48,963 nt of DNA from a virus. Lineage: Duplodnaviria; Caudoviricetes. The stretch spans positions 1-48,963 of IMG/VR virus record IMGVR_UViG_3300048575_000440; one strand, given 5' to 3'. The position numbers and the translations under genes were made by a program. Shown here in pieces: positions 26,815-35,819 of the stretch (its first letter is position 1; each line of letters opens with the position of its first letter). Below the pieces are notes generated by a model. The model did not search any database, was not told the DNA's origin, and saw only the letters and a program-made list of their open reading frames with translations.

Positions 26815-28138
26815 CGAGTTTCACTGGCTGGTAAGGAAAGAGCTTGCGCCATCGGCGCAGCGCCACGTCCACGTATTCAGGCGCGATCTCGATTGCCCGC
26901 ATGCGCCGGCCGGTGCGCTCGGCAGCGATGATGCTGGTGCCGGAGCCCGCGAACGGCTCGTAGACAATGTCGCGCTCGCTGCTGTAGGCGCGCATCACGA
27001 ATTCCGGCAGCGCCACCGGGAAGACTGCGGGATGCTCGGTCTCGATGCCGCGCGCCTTGTGGCGCGTGATGCGAATGACGTTGTCCGGGATCCGTGTCTC
27101 CTGGACGCCTTGGCCGGCATGCGTCCATTCGCCGACATGGCCGTCCTTGTGGCGGATGCCGCCGTGCGTGTCGTTGACATGCCCAGCCCACTTGCACGGC
27201 ACGATCTTGTTCGGCTTCCGGGCCTTGCGATTGAAGTGGAAGACGAACTCGAACGCGGGCGCCAAGCGGCCGTTCCAGTCACCCGGCAGTCCAGGCCCCT
27301 GGTCCCAGACGTAGAGCCCGAAGCGGCGCCAGCCCTGCTCGCGCATCCAGTCGAGCCAAGCGTGCCAATACGGCTGCCACTCGTTCTCGCGGTGGATCAG
27401 ACCGAGGTTGACGAGGACCTGTGCTGCATCGGCGACCGGCAGGGCGGCGAACACGCCGCGCATGAGCGTGTCCCAGTCGCCGACACCACCGGTCGTGTAG
27501 TCGCGCTGGTTGCCGTAGGGCGGCGACGTGAACACAAGCGCTGCGCGCTTGTTGTTCATCACGCGCGTCACAGTCGACGTGTCGGTGCTGTCGCCGCAGA
27601 GGAGCCGATGCTTGCCGATCAGCCAGAGGTCGCCGGTGCGGGTGACCGGCTCACGCGAGGCTGAAGACATCTCGTCGCAAGCGTCCTCACTCGCGGACTC
27701 GTCCCCTTGCTCCGGGTCGGAGAGCGGCGCCATCAGCGCGTCGAGTTCGTTCTCCGCGAACCCGGTGAGAGCGAGATCGAAGCCCTCGCCGTTTAGCGCG
27801 TGCAGCTCTGCTGCGAGCACTTCCTCGTCCCAGCCGGCATTCAGCGCGAGCTTGTTGTCGGCGACGACGTAGGCGCGTCGCTCCGCGGGCGTCAGGTGGT
27901 CGAGAACGACGACCGGGACTGTGTCCAGGCCGAGCTTGCGTGCGGCGAGCAGACGGCCATGACCAGCGACGACGTTTCCATCGCCGTCGGCGAGAATCGG
28001 GTTGGTCCAGCCGAACTCGACGATGGAGGCTGCGATCTGCGCGACCTGCCGGTCGTCGTGAGTGCGGGCATTGCGCGCGTACGGGATCAGCCGGTCGAGC
28101 GGCCAGTGCTCGATCGCATCAGGCAGTCGCGGCGTCAT
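26747..28138 (-). CDS. ParB/Srx-N + DNA amino-methyltransferase (SPPY; probably m4C)
   Basis: NARTH, VAGHGR, FTSPPY, HPAVFP, EPFAGSGTS. Confidence 0.9.
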   Translation of the reverse strand: MTPRLPDAIEHWPLDRLIPYARNARTHDDRQVAQIAASIVEFGWTNPILADGDGNVVAGHGRLLAARKLGLDTVPVVVLDHLTPAERRAYVVADNKLALNAGWDEEVLAAELHALNGEGFDLALTGFAENELDALMAPLSDPEQGDESASEDACDEMSSASREPVTRTGDLWLIGKHRLLCGDSTDTSTVTRVMNNKRAALVFTSPPYGNQRDYTTGGVGDWDTLMRGVFAALPVADAAQVLVNLGLIHRENEWQPYWHAWLDWMREQGWRRFGLYVWDQGPGLPGDWNGRLAPAFEFVFHFNRKARKPNKIVPCKWAGHVNDTHGGIRHKDGHVGEWTHAGQGVQETRIPDNVIRITRHKARGIETEHPAVFPVALPEFVMRAYSSERDIVYEPFAGSGTSIIAAERTGRRMRAIEIAPEYVDVALRRWRKLFPYQPVKLDGEGQTFEAVARQRGVAIPADD

Positions 28139-28196
28139 TGATGCTGTGTCGAAGCGATAGCTGCGATAGAATGTGGTGTGGAATCAGGAGAAGCAG

Positions 28197-28376
28197 ATGG
28201 CCGACAACCGCAAAAAGCGTGGTCAACCCGACCGAAGCACCATCAATCTCAACGAGGATTACGAAAAGGAATACTGGAAGAACAAGTTCAAGGTCTCCGG
28301 TCAGGCGCTCGCTGGCGCCGTGCGCGCGGTGGGCAAGAGTGCAAAGAAGGTCGAGGCCTACTTGAAGGACAAATAA
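28197..28376 (+). CDS. DUF3606 small protein
   Basis: MAD..K.RG..DRS.IN.NEDYE..YW...F.VS...L..AV..VG; AGGAG RBS. Confidence 0.8.
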   Translation: MADNRKKRGQPDRSTINLNEDYEKEYWKNKFKVSGQALAGAVRAVGKSAKKVEAYLKDK

Positions 28377-28380
28377 GGCG

Positions 28381-28493
28381 GTAACCGCGCAAGGGCGGTT
28401 ACCGAGTGGCGGTTACCAGTCGAGCTTTGTGAATAACCGCGCCGTTGCGCCTGTGGCGCACGGCGGGCCAACGTCGCGCGGTAACTGGTAACT
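28381..28493. repeat. Five GGTAAC(C/T) motifs in both orientations (cosB-like candidate)
   Basis: Copies at 28381, 28397, 28411, 28480 and 28487. Confidence 0.6.
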
Positions 28494-28514
28494 CAGGTTT
28501 TCGGGCTGCCGGTG

Positions 28515-28567
28515 GCGAAATTTCGGGCCATTGCCCCCCGCATACCATTCTCGGTCAGGGAGGACCC
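28515..28567 (-). other. Putative cos site (cosQ-cosN-like)
   Basis: Minus strand GGGTCCT-N22-GGGGGCAATGGC-CCGAAATTTCGC resembles lambda GGGTCCT-N23-GGGCGGCGACCT-CGCGGGTTTTCGC (lambda sequence from memory). Confidence 0.65.
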
Positions 28568-28629
28568 GTCGCGCCCGCCTCTCGCGATCATGCCGTCGAA
28601 GCTACCGAAATCGCTCCTTTATGGAAGTG

Positions 28630-28656
28630 AGAAAAGTGTCAGGCGGACACTTTTCT
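28630..28656. promoter_or_regulatory. Perfect 11-bp inverted repeat (possible late-regulator site or terminator)
   Basis: AGAAAAGTGTC-aggcg-GACACTTTTCT just downstream of DUF6362. Confidence 0.45.
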
Positions 28657-28665
28657 ATCTGCTTC

Positions 28666-29109
28666 TCAGGCAGCCGCCGCCCGCGCTCGCTCCACCACGA
28701 ACTGACGCGAACGCTTGCTCGGGACCTTCTGTCCATTGAGCCGCAGCGAGATGACGCAGAGGGCATAGAGCCAATGCTGGTGCGCTGTTTGTCGCGCCAA
28801 GCCCACAGTCCAGCACACCGTCTTCCAGCGTTCGCCGGTCGCCCGCATCCAGACGATCTTGGCATCGACCGGCTCCAGCCACAGCAACCACGCAAGCGTC
28901 TCTTCCATGCGGCTGATCGCGTCGGGCGCAGGCCGCGGACGGCGCATCTGCACAGGCTCTTGCCCAACCAGATCGGCAAACTCGCGCAGCACCTTCGGCC
29001 AGGTGTTGAAGTAGCCTGGCACACGAACGTCGGGCAGCCGCTTCATCACGTCGGCAGCTTCGACGAAGCGTTCCTCGATCAGGGATGGTGTCCAGTTGAC
29101 GTCAGGCAT
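28666..29109 (-). CDS. DUF6362 protein, putative late-gene regulator (HTH)
   Basis: WT...IEERF.EAA.V...LP.V...GYFNTWP; C-terminal HTH; Q-like genomic position. Confidence 0.75.
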   Translation of the reverse strand: MPDVNWTPSLIEERFVEAADVMKRLPDVRVPGYFNTWPKVLREFADLVGQEPVQMRRPRPAPDAISRMEETLAWLLWLEPVDAKIVWMRATGERWKTVCWTVGLARQTAHQHWLYALCVISLRLNGQKVPSKRSRQFVVERARAAAA

Positions 29110-29302
29110 GGCATGCTCCCCTTGCGTCCCGGCGCTTGCCGTAGAGCTTCTCGCCGATGTGACGGACGAGCTCGCGCTCCGGCCAGGTCAGTCGGTGATC
29201 GTCCGGGCTTACGACGAGGATGTTCTGCTCAAGCCAGCCGTCCCGCTTCAGATGCTCGGCCGGCTGACGCTCTCCGCCAAACCCTTTCGGAAACCACCTC
29301 AT
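29102..29302 (-). CDS. Hypothetical phage protein
   Basis: MRWFPKGFGGER...KRDGW; overlaps both neighbours. Confidence 0.7.
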   Translation of the reverse strand: MRWFPKGFGGERQPAEHLKRDGWLEQNILVVSPDDHRLTWPERELVRHIGEKLYGKRRDARGACHA

Positions 29303-29556
29303 CGCGTGACCTCCCGAAGAACCGCCGCGTAGCCGGCCACGTCGAGCACTGAATCCAAATGATTGGGATCGTGCGCAAGCCGTGCCAGTTTGAGATCGAT
29401 GAGGCATAGTGCGACCTGAGCAGAGGTGACCGGGCGGCCCAGCGTGAGCGACCACCGCGCTGCGACGGCGGCCATGGACTCAATCGGATCGCCGTATACG
29501 GCTCGTCTGGAGTCTACGAGGTCCGCCACTCGGTTGAGCATCTCCTCGCCCGTCAT
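29299..29556 (-). CDS. DUF6378 protein
   Basis: R...YG.P, V.LC.IDLKLAR, H.DS.LDVAGYA. Confidence 0.8.
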   Translation of the reverse strand: MTGEEMLNRVADLVDSRRAVYGDPIESMAAVAARWSLTLGRPVTSAQVALCLIDLKLARLAHDPNHLDSVLDVAGYAAVLREVTR

Positions 29557-29894
29557 TGCTCGGCCTCGTTCCCGCCCTGCGACATCTGACTTGCAGCGCT
29601 AGCAGCGAAATCGATAACTGCACCGATGATCGAAGCGGGCTCTGCGTTCCCAAGTCGGCCCATGCTGCTCGCAATCTCCTTGGCCTCTACGCCGTGCTGC
29701 ATCAGGCACGAGACGACGACGCAGGCGTCGGCCAACAGGCCGTCGAGGTTGGAGCCGCTTCGGAGTCCATGCGTGAAAACCTCGCCCGGGCGCCCGTCAG
29801 GATAGAAGCCGATCGTCACAGTGAAGCGCTGGCTGCCGTGCTCAAGCACAACGGTTTCCGCGGCGCGCCGATTGGGAAGACGCACGCGCGTCAT
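29553..29894 (-). CDS. Stand-alone TSCPD-like domain (class II ribonucleotide reductase C-terminus-like)
   Basis: R.RLPNRR, G.YPDGRPGEVF, S..MQHGV, S.IGAVID. Confidence 0.7.
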   Translation of the reverse strand: MTRVRLPNRRAAETVVLEHGSQRFTVTIGFYPDGRPGEVFTHGLRSGSNLDGLLADACVVVSCLMQHGVEAKEIASSMGRLGNAEPASIIGAVIDFAASAASQMSQGGNEAEQ

Positions 29895-30421
29895 CGCGTA
29901 CTCCCATAGTTCTCGATGGCCCACAGCAGGATCGAAATCGCGTCGGCCTCGTTATCGTCGGCAGGGGCGAAGCCGCGCGCCTTCACTGCGGCGATGACTG
30001 CCTGCTTGTCGGCGTTGCCCTTGCCGGCGATGAAACGCTTGATCGTGCCGACGGGCACGCCCTGGTATGGCACGTCGCGGAATTCGGCCCAGGCTTCGAG
30101 ATGCGCAAGGAAGCCGCCATAGACGTGTGCTGCAAGCGTGCCAGCATGTGCCCGCACTTCCTCGAAAAATACTGCAGAGAGCGGGCCGGAGCTCTCGGCG
30201 ATCTCGCTCAGCCAGTGATTGAAGCGGAGGAACGCCATACCGCCGCCTTCGAAGCGGTTCGGCCGAAACTGCTGCATGCCACTGGCGATGACGCCATTTG
30301 CCGCGCGCACCGCCCATCCCGTTGACGAGCCGAGATCGAGGGCAAGGACAGCCGAGCCCGTGCCACCAAACAGCTTTGCGGCGGGATCGAGCGTCCGCGA
30401 GAAGGTCGGAGAGGTTTTCAC
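29891..30421 (-). CDS. ruvC: RuvC-like Holliday junction resolvase
   Basis: LALDLG..TGWA, FEEV, IKRF..GKGNADK, DDNEADA. Confidence 0.8.
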   Translation of the reverse strand: MKTSPTFSRTLDPAAKLFGGTGSAVLALDLGSSTGWAVRAANGVIASGMQQFRPNRFEGGGMAFLRFNHWLSEIAESSGPLSAVFFEEVRAHAGTLAAHVYGGFLAHLEAWAEFRDVPYQGVPVGTIKRFIAGKGNADKQAVIAAVKARGFAPADDNEADAISILLWAIENYGSTR

Positions 30422-30541
30422 AACGAAGGCTCACAAGAGGTGGGCCTTCGGCTTTGGTCGGCCGCGACGTTAAGGGCAGCGACTCTCGCCGATCAAGCAG
30501 AAAAAACCTGCGAGCGAACAGGAGCCAAAAAGATCGCAAGT

Positions 30542-30793
30542 GTCACCGTCTTCATCCCGTTTGGCACCAACGTCGCAAGGAGGTGGTGACACGAGATTGG
30601 CCTATCGCATCAATGCGTTGTTCCCTTGTGTCACCGACGTCACTATCCACCAACATGCCCCTATAGCCGTCCTATAGGAGAGCTGCTTCGAGCATCGTCT
30701 CCTACGCATATGGTTTGAAACGGTTGGTGACGTTGGTGACAATGGTGACACCGTTGTTCTTGCGGGACTTTTGGTGTCACCACCCGTGTCACC
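30542..30793. repeat. Iteron-like GGTGAC/GTCACC cluster; putative replication origin
   Basis: Eight exact hexamers in about 250 bp of intergenic DNA downstream of the primase-helicase. Confidence 0.65.
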
Positions 30794-30817
30794 AACACCA
30801 ACCTCAGGGCCTCTTGA

Positions 30818-33352
30818 TCATTGCTTGCGATAACGCCATTCGCGTGGTGACTCGCGTCCAGTTCCTATTCGGGCCTGATAGCGGGCCCAGTTTCTCGATT
30901 TAAGGCAGGCAGCAACTCGCATTTGATCGGCGCGTGTCCAGCGCGCCGGCTCAATACCGAGCGCCCCTTCGAGGACCTCGCCGATCGAGACGTCAGTGAG
31001 AGGAGCGGTCCGCTCGACCTCCTCGTCTTGCCAGTCCTCGTACCCCAGGTATCCGCGATTGACCCGGCGGCGCTCGTAGACAAGCCAGCGGTCGATCCGG
31101 GCATCCCAGGCGTCTGCATGGTATCGCTGATCCTGCTCGGCCTTGGCGGACGCCACGAGCTCGGGCTCGTCAAGCCACCAGATCGCGCCCTCGCGATACC
31201 GCGTGACCGCTTCCGCCCAGAGATGGTCGCGGTCGAGCGCAAGCGCGTCCAGATCGATGCTCCCGCAACGCACCGGCCAGAACCGCCGGTTGCCTGTTTC
31301 ATCACGCAGGTAGGTTTCGGGGTTGACGCTGCCAGCGAAGACGCACTGGCGTGGCACCGTGACGACGTAGCGCTCGTAAGGAGGGCGGTAGCGATCGGTA
31401 GTTCGCGTCAGGAACGCCTTGATCCTCGACACCTCGGCACGGCTGATGGCATCGAGTTCGGCGAATTCGACAATCCATATCCCTCGCATCTGTTGCGCGG
31501 CATCCTTGCTGCCGATCTCTGCAAGCTCGTCGGTGAACCATTCGGCGCCCGCCAGCGTCTTTATGGCGCTCGACTTCTTCGCGCCTTGCGGGCCTTCAAG
31601 GATCAGCATGTGATCGACCTTGCAGCCCGGCTCCATGATGCGGGCAACGCCAGAGATCATCCAGCGAGACCCGATCGCGCGATTGAGCCGCGTGTCCTCG
31701 GCGCCAAGATAAACAATCGTCCACTGCTCCAACCGCTCTACTCCGTCCCAGCGGAGGCCGTCGAGATAGTCACGGACCGGATGGACGAGCACCTGGCGCG
31801 CGACCGCACCTGCTGCCCGACTAACGGTGGGCGGAGCGACGTTGATTTCACGCCGCTGGAGCCATTCCGCGCAGCGCACGTCGTCGGCATCCGTCCATGC
31901 GCGCGGCAGGGCCGGCTGTTGTTCGTCCCACGGCATCTGGCGTCTGACCAATACCTCCTGCCGGAATTCGTCGAACACGAGCGCACCGGCGAATGCCTCA
32001 TCGTTCGAAAGCGCAGTGATGATATTCGCCTCGTTGCGCTCCGGCGTGCCGGCGAGGTCGAGACGCAGCTGCTTGAACCAGCCTGGGCGAATGGGACGGT
32101 GATGGATGTCTCCTGTCGTGTTGAGCCGACGCCGCAGTTCGTTCACCTGCTTTTCCAGGATCGAGACAGCGATGCCTGTGCTGCTCTTGATCGACTGAAG
32201 CACTTGGCGCTCAGGTACGGGATCGAGTTGCGCCAGGACCAGTTGACCAAGTAGCGTTCCTAGAGCCGCGCCGTCCGCCGGGTTGGTCAAGGCACGCGCG
32301 ACTGCTTCGAAGTCGGCAGCGTTCGACGGCGCTGCAGGTGCGTTCACCGGAGTTGCTTCGGACCGCTGATAATCCGCCGCCGTCGCACCATGTAGCAGGT
32401 CGTCATTGAAATCATCGCCATGCAGCGGGCGAACGACGGTGTTCGAAATACTCCCAGCATCAAGCCGAATTGAGAGGGCTGCTGCGGCCTGAATGCCCGC
32501 CTCGCCGGCATCGGCGAAAATTGTCACATGCGCCAAGCCAGCCGGAAATTCCCAACGGCGCATGCCGTCGGCGGACAACGCGGCCCAGGTTGGAATTCCG
32601 AAGATAGCCCGCGCGGAGAGTGCCGTCTCGATGCCTTCGGCAATGCCAAGCCGACCGTTCTCCGAGAACGCCGCAAGCCGCACCGCACCGCCGGCGACCG
32701 CATCGAGCATCTTCTTGCCGGCCGGCGCCTTGCCCGCTCCGTCATCGAGCAGAAATGTGCGATGGATACCGCCGATGGGGGTGCCGACACCGTCGCGAAC
32801 GATCGCTACAAGACCTGGCCAGCCGCGTTTTGCCTCGTAATCAGTCAGGTCGGGATTGAACAAAAGGTCGGGCGATCCGGGATCCGAAAGGCCTCGGCTG
32901 CGCAGGTAGACCTCGCCAACAGTGCCGGCGAGCGGCTGGCAACCGGCGAGAATTCGGGCAACCTCGTGGGCATGATCCCGCCGCGGCGCTGGCGCTTGTC
33001 GCACCGGAGCTGGCCGATCCAGCCGAGCCCGGCGCGCCGCTTCGTCGAACAGCGTGGGGGGCGTGAGCCCGGTGCCATGGTGGATCAGATCAATAGGGTC
33101 CGCGCACTCGCCGGTCGCATGATCGTAGCCCCAGCCCGCCCACGGCCCCCGGAGGTGGATGACGCAGGAGCCCTCATTGCGCGGCGGTCGCCCCGACAGG
33201 TCGGCGCAGCGTAGGGTCTTGCGGTCGGCCGACAGGCGCGCATGCGGAAACAGCGGCGGCAGCCATTCGGCTGCCGTCGCACAGAGCCGCTCCCGAATCT
33301 CGGCGAGGTCATATCGGGCGGGCGGCCTCCAGACCTCATTGAGATCGATCAT
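30818..33352 (-). CDS. Primase (Toprim) fused to VapE-family helicase
   Basis: YLRSRGL, IHRTFL, IAEGIETALS, FADAG, DFND; GPQGAKKS Walker A, EFAELD, DETGNRRFWP. Confidence 0.9.
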   Translation of the reverse strand: MIDLNEVWRPPARYDLAEIRERLCATAAEWLPPLFPHARLSADRKTLRCADLSGRPPRNEGSCVIHLRGPWAGWGYDHATGECADPIDLIHHGTGLTPPTLFDEAARRARLDRPAPVRQAPAPRRDHAHEVARILAGCQPLAGTVGEVYLRSRGLSDPGSPDLLFNPDLTDYEAKRGWPGLVAIVRDGVGTPIGGIHRTFLLDDGAGKAPAGKKMLDAVAGGAVRLAAFSENGRLGIAEGIETALSARAIFGIPTWAALSADGMRRWEFPAGLAHVTIFADAGEAGIQAAAALSIRLDAGSISNTVVRPLHGDDFNDDLLHGATAADYQRSEATPVNAPAAPSNAADFEAVARALTNPADGAALGTLLGQLVLAQLDPVPERQVLQSIKSSTGIAVSILEKQVNELRRRLNTTGDIHHRPIRPGWFKQLRLDLAGTPERNEANIITALSNDEAFAGALVFDEFRQEVLVRRQMPWDEQQPALPRAWTDADDVRCAEWLQRREINVAPPTVSRAAGAVARQVLVHPVRDYLDGLRWDGVERLEQWTIVYLGAEDTRLNRAIGSRWMISGVARIMEPGCKVDHMLILEGPQGAKKSSAIKTLAGAEWFTDELAEIGSKDAAQQMRGIWIVEFAELDAISRAEVSRIKAFLTRTTDRYRPPYERYVVTVPRQCVFAGSVNPETYLRDETGNRRFWPVRCGSIDLDALALDRDHLWAEAVTRYREGAIWWLDEPELVASAKAEQDQRYHADAWDARIDRWLVYERRRVNRGYLGYEDWQDEEVERTAPLTDVSIGEVLEGALGIEPARWTRADQMRVAACLKSRNWARYQARIGTGRESPREWRYRKQ

Positions 33353-34671
33353 GACAGGATCACCAGCCCTCGCTCGGCCCGGGTGATCACGGTGTAGAGC
33401 CAACGCCGGCGATCGGCCTCGTTGCGACCGAGACCGTCATCCCAGACGATGACGTTCTCCCATTGCGAGCCCTGCGACTTGTGCCCGGTGATCGCCCAGC
33501 CGAAGGTCGCCTCGGTCAAACTGCGCTTGTGCTTCCAGTCACGGTCGTGGCGTTGCCGGTCGAAGGCGACATGGTCTTCGAAATGGCCTTTGTAGATGCG
33601 CAGCCGCTCGCGCTTGCCGTCGGTGACGGGACGCCCGATTGGGTTGCCTTCCTCGTCGGTCACGGTTGCAGAAAAGAAGAGACTTCCCTCGTCGACCACA
33701 TCTTCGAGCGTGACGAACATGCCGTTGATCAAGCCGATGTCGTTCTGGTTCTTGAGACAAATGATCTTCTCGCCGTGGCCAGTCGGCAAAAAGCCGTCAC
33801 CGAAGCCCGCCGCCCGCCGCATCGCGTTGTTCAGCTGCAGCCGCGTGGCGTTGAATCCGCAGATCACCTGGCCGCCGCGCAGGCATTGCTCGGGCGTCAC
33901 GTCCATCTTGCGCATCTTCCAGACAAACGTGTCGTAATGGCCGAAGCCAATCGGCTCGCCGCGCCGCGCCATGGTGGCGAGCCGGATGATGGCGCTTTCC
34001 TCGGCCTGCCGATGGATTTCCGTGAGCATGACATCGGGGGCGTCGTTCGTGAACGCGCCTTCACCCTTGATCGGCGGCAGTTGCCCGGGATCACCCAACA
34101 CCAGGATCGGCTTGCCGAAGCTCATCAGGTCGCGCGCCATTTCCTCGCCGACCATGGAGACTTCGTCGAGCACGATCAGCTTGGCATGCGCGGCTTCGCT
34201 CTGCGAGTTCAGCGCGAAGCGCGGCTTCTTCATCTGCGACAGCGCCTGCCGCATCGCCGCGATCGCCGCCTCCGCGGCCGTGCGCTCAAAACCCATGAGC
34301 TTGAGCGCGTCCTTCTCCGCCTCCGCAATCTTCTTGTTAGCCGCCTCGATTTCCTCGTCGGTGGCGACGATCACGCTGTAGATCAGGCTGTGGATCGTGC
34401 GCGCGGGCGTGCCCTTGCGCCGCAGCACCAGGGCGGCCTTGCCGGTGAAGGTGGCGGTCACGACACCGGGCACACAGGAGCCACTGTCACGATCGGACTT
34501 GTGCGGTTCAAGCCCGAGCTCGTCGAGCGCGAATTTGAGTACCGTGCTCTTCCCGGTGCCGGCGTAACCGAACAGCCGGAAAACCTGCTGTTTGTCGGTC
34601 CGGTTCGTGAACCAGTCCTTGATCGCCGCAATGGCGCGCGCCTGGGTATCGGAGGGCGTGATGTCCGTCAT
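33349..34671 (-). CDS. RecD/Dda-like SF1 helicase
   Basis: GYAGTGKS, LDEVSMV, GDPGQLPP, LTEIHRQ, HKSQGSQW, YTVITRA. Confidence 0.92.
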   Translation of the reverse strand: MTDITPSDTQARAIAAIKDWFTNRTDKQQVFRLFGYAGTGKSTVLKFALDELGLEPHKSDRDSGSCVPGVVTATFTGKAALVLRRKGTPARTIHSLIYSVIVATDEEIEAANKKIAEAEKDALKLMGFERTAAEAAIAAMRQALSQMKKPRFALNSQSEAAHAKLIVLDEVSMVGEEMARDLMSFGKPILVLGDPGQLPPIKGEGAFTNDAPDVMLTEIHRQAEESAIIRLATMARRGEPIGFGHYDTFVWKMRKMDVTPEQCLRGGQVICGFNATRLQLNNAMRRAAGFGDGFLPTGHGEKIICLKNQNDIGLINGMFVTLEDVVDEGSLFFSATVTDEEGNPIGRPVTDGKRERLRIYKGHFEDHVAFDRQRHDRDWKHKRSLTEATFGWAITGHKSQGSQWENVIVWDDGLGRNEADRRRWLYTVITRAERGLVILS

Positions 34672-35465
34672 GGCGCTGCGCTCCAGCAGCGGTCCTGCCA
34701 GGCACACGAGGCATGCCATTCGCCAGCCGACCATCCGCCCCGGCAGATGGCAGAGCTTCGGTCGGCGGCGGCGCGCGGCAGAAGCTCCTCCGCTTCGCTC
34801 GCACGCACGATCTGCACGGCGCGGTCGCTGGCGCGCTGGGCGAGCCCTGAGTCAAACGGCACGAGCTCGCAGTGGAGCTCAAAGGTGTCGCGGTTCAGGG
34901 CGGTGAACAGCGCAGGATTCGGCAGATCGAGATAAGCTTGATACAGGGCGATCTGCGCGGCATAGATCGGTCTTGCGAGCACGACCCCTTTCTTGACGAT
35001 CTCCTTCCACGGCACGGCACCCAGCGCCTTGTTCTCCCAGAGCGCTGGGAAGTCCATCGCGACCGGCCCGCCCACGAGGCAGCCATCAATGTGTCCTCTG
35101 AAGCGGCCGTCGAGGGCGGAAAATCCGAATTGCCGTCCGTCCGAGCGTTGCGTGCGCAGGTCGACCCCTGCGGCCCGCAACCAGCCCGCCACGATGTCCT
35201 CGGCGCGATGCCCGGCTTCAAAGATACGCAGCGTCTTCGGTTCGAATTCCCGGCCTTCGTCCTTCGAGACGGCGAGATAGTCGTATTGAATCTGCCGCAG
35301 ACAATCGCGGCCGAGGCCAGATGTGCTGACGTAGCGTCGGGGCGGCTGCGCCCGGTCACGCGCGGCCAGCGCCGCATCGATGGCTCCATTGACGGCGACG
35401 GCAATGCCGGGTGGTCGGCTCGGAGCCTCGTACTGACAGCCGGACCCATGGTTCAGGTCGATCAT
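34668..35465 (-). CDS. Cas4-like PD-(D/E)XK exonuclease
   Basis: C.RQIQY, G H..E, GHIDG, WENK, Q...YQ, C-terminal Cys cluster. Confidence 0.8.
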   Translation of the reverse strand: MIDLNHGSGCQYEAPSRPPGIAVAVNGAIDAALAARDRAQPPRRYVSTSGLGRDCLRQIQYDYLAVSKDEGREFEPKTLRIFEAGHRAEDIVAGWLRAAGVDLRTQRSDGRQFGFSALDGRFRGHIDGCLVGGPVAMDFPALWENKALGAVPWKEIVKKGVVLARPIYAAQIALYQAYLDLPNPALFTALNRDTFELHCELVPFDSGLAQRASDRAVQIVRASEAEELLPRAAADRSSAICRGGWSAGEWHASCAWQDRCWSAAP

Positions 35466-35474
35466 GGGCGCGCC

Positions 35475-35819
35475 TCAGAACGGGATGTCGTCATTGAGCG
35501 ACTGCCGCTGCATCGAGTCCTGGAAGCCGTCGATGCAGGCCTCGATGATGCGGTCGATCTCTTCCGCGCTGCGGTGGTGGAACGGCGCCATCAGCCCGAG
35601 CTCGGTGAGCACCTCGGCGAGAAAGCGGCGCGCATCCTTGATCGCGCGTATCTCCATGTCGGACTTGTCGATCATGCCGCGGTTCCTCTTGGCGATGGCA
35701 GCGCCCGCATCGAGGCAGCGCATTGAGCAGAAGGCGTAGGTCGGATAGCGGTCGGCGCGGAGCTGATGGGTGTAGTACAAGCCGCGCGCTTCCCGGCTGC
35801 AGACGGCGCAGGCTCTCAC
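35475..35819 (-). CDS. DUF6511-like protein with N-terminal Zn finger and C-terminal DDIPF
   Basis: CAVC...FCSMRC; GTG start overlapping upstream TGA. Confidence 0.7.
   Translation of the reverse strand: MRACAVCSREARGLYYTHQLRADRYPTYAFCSMRCLDAGAAIAKRNRGMIDKSDMEIRAIKDARRFLAEVLTELGLMAPFHHRSAEEIDRIIEACIDGFQDSMQRQSLNDDIPF

Noticed and set aside
34668-35465. Cas4-like gene as sign of a CRISPR-Cas system
   Set aside because: No repeat-spacer array or other cas genes seen; context is a phage recombination module.
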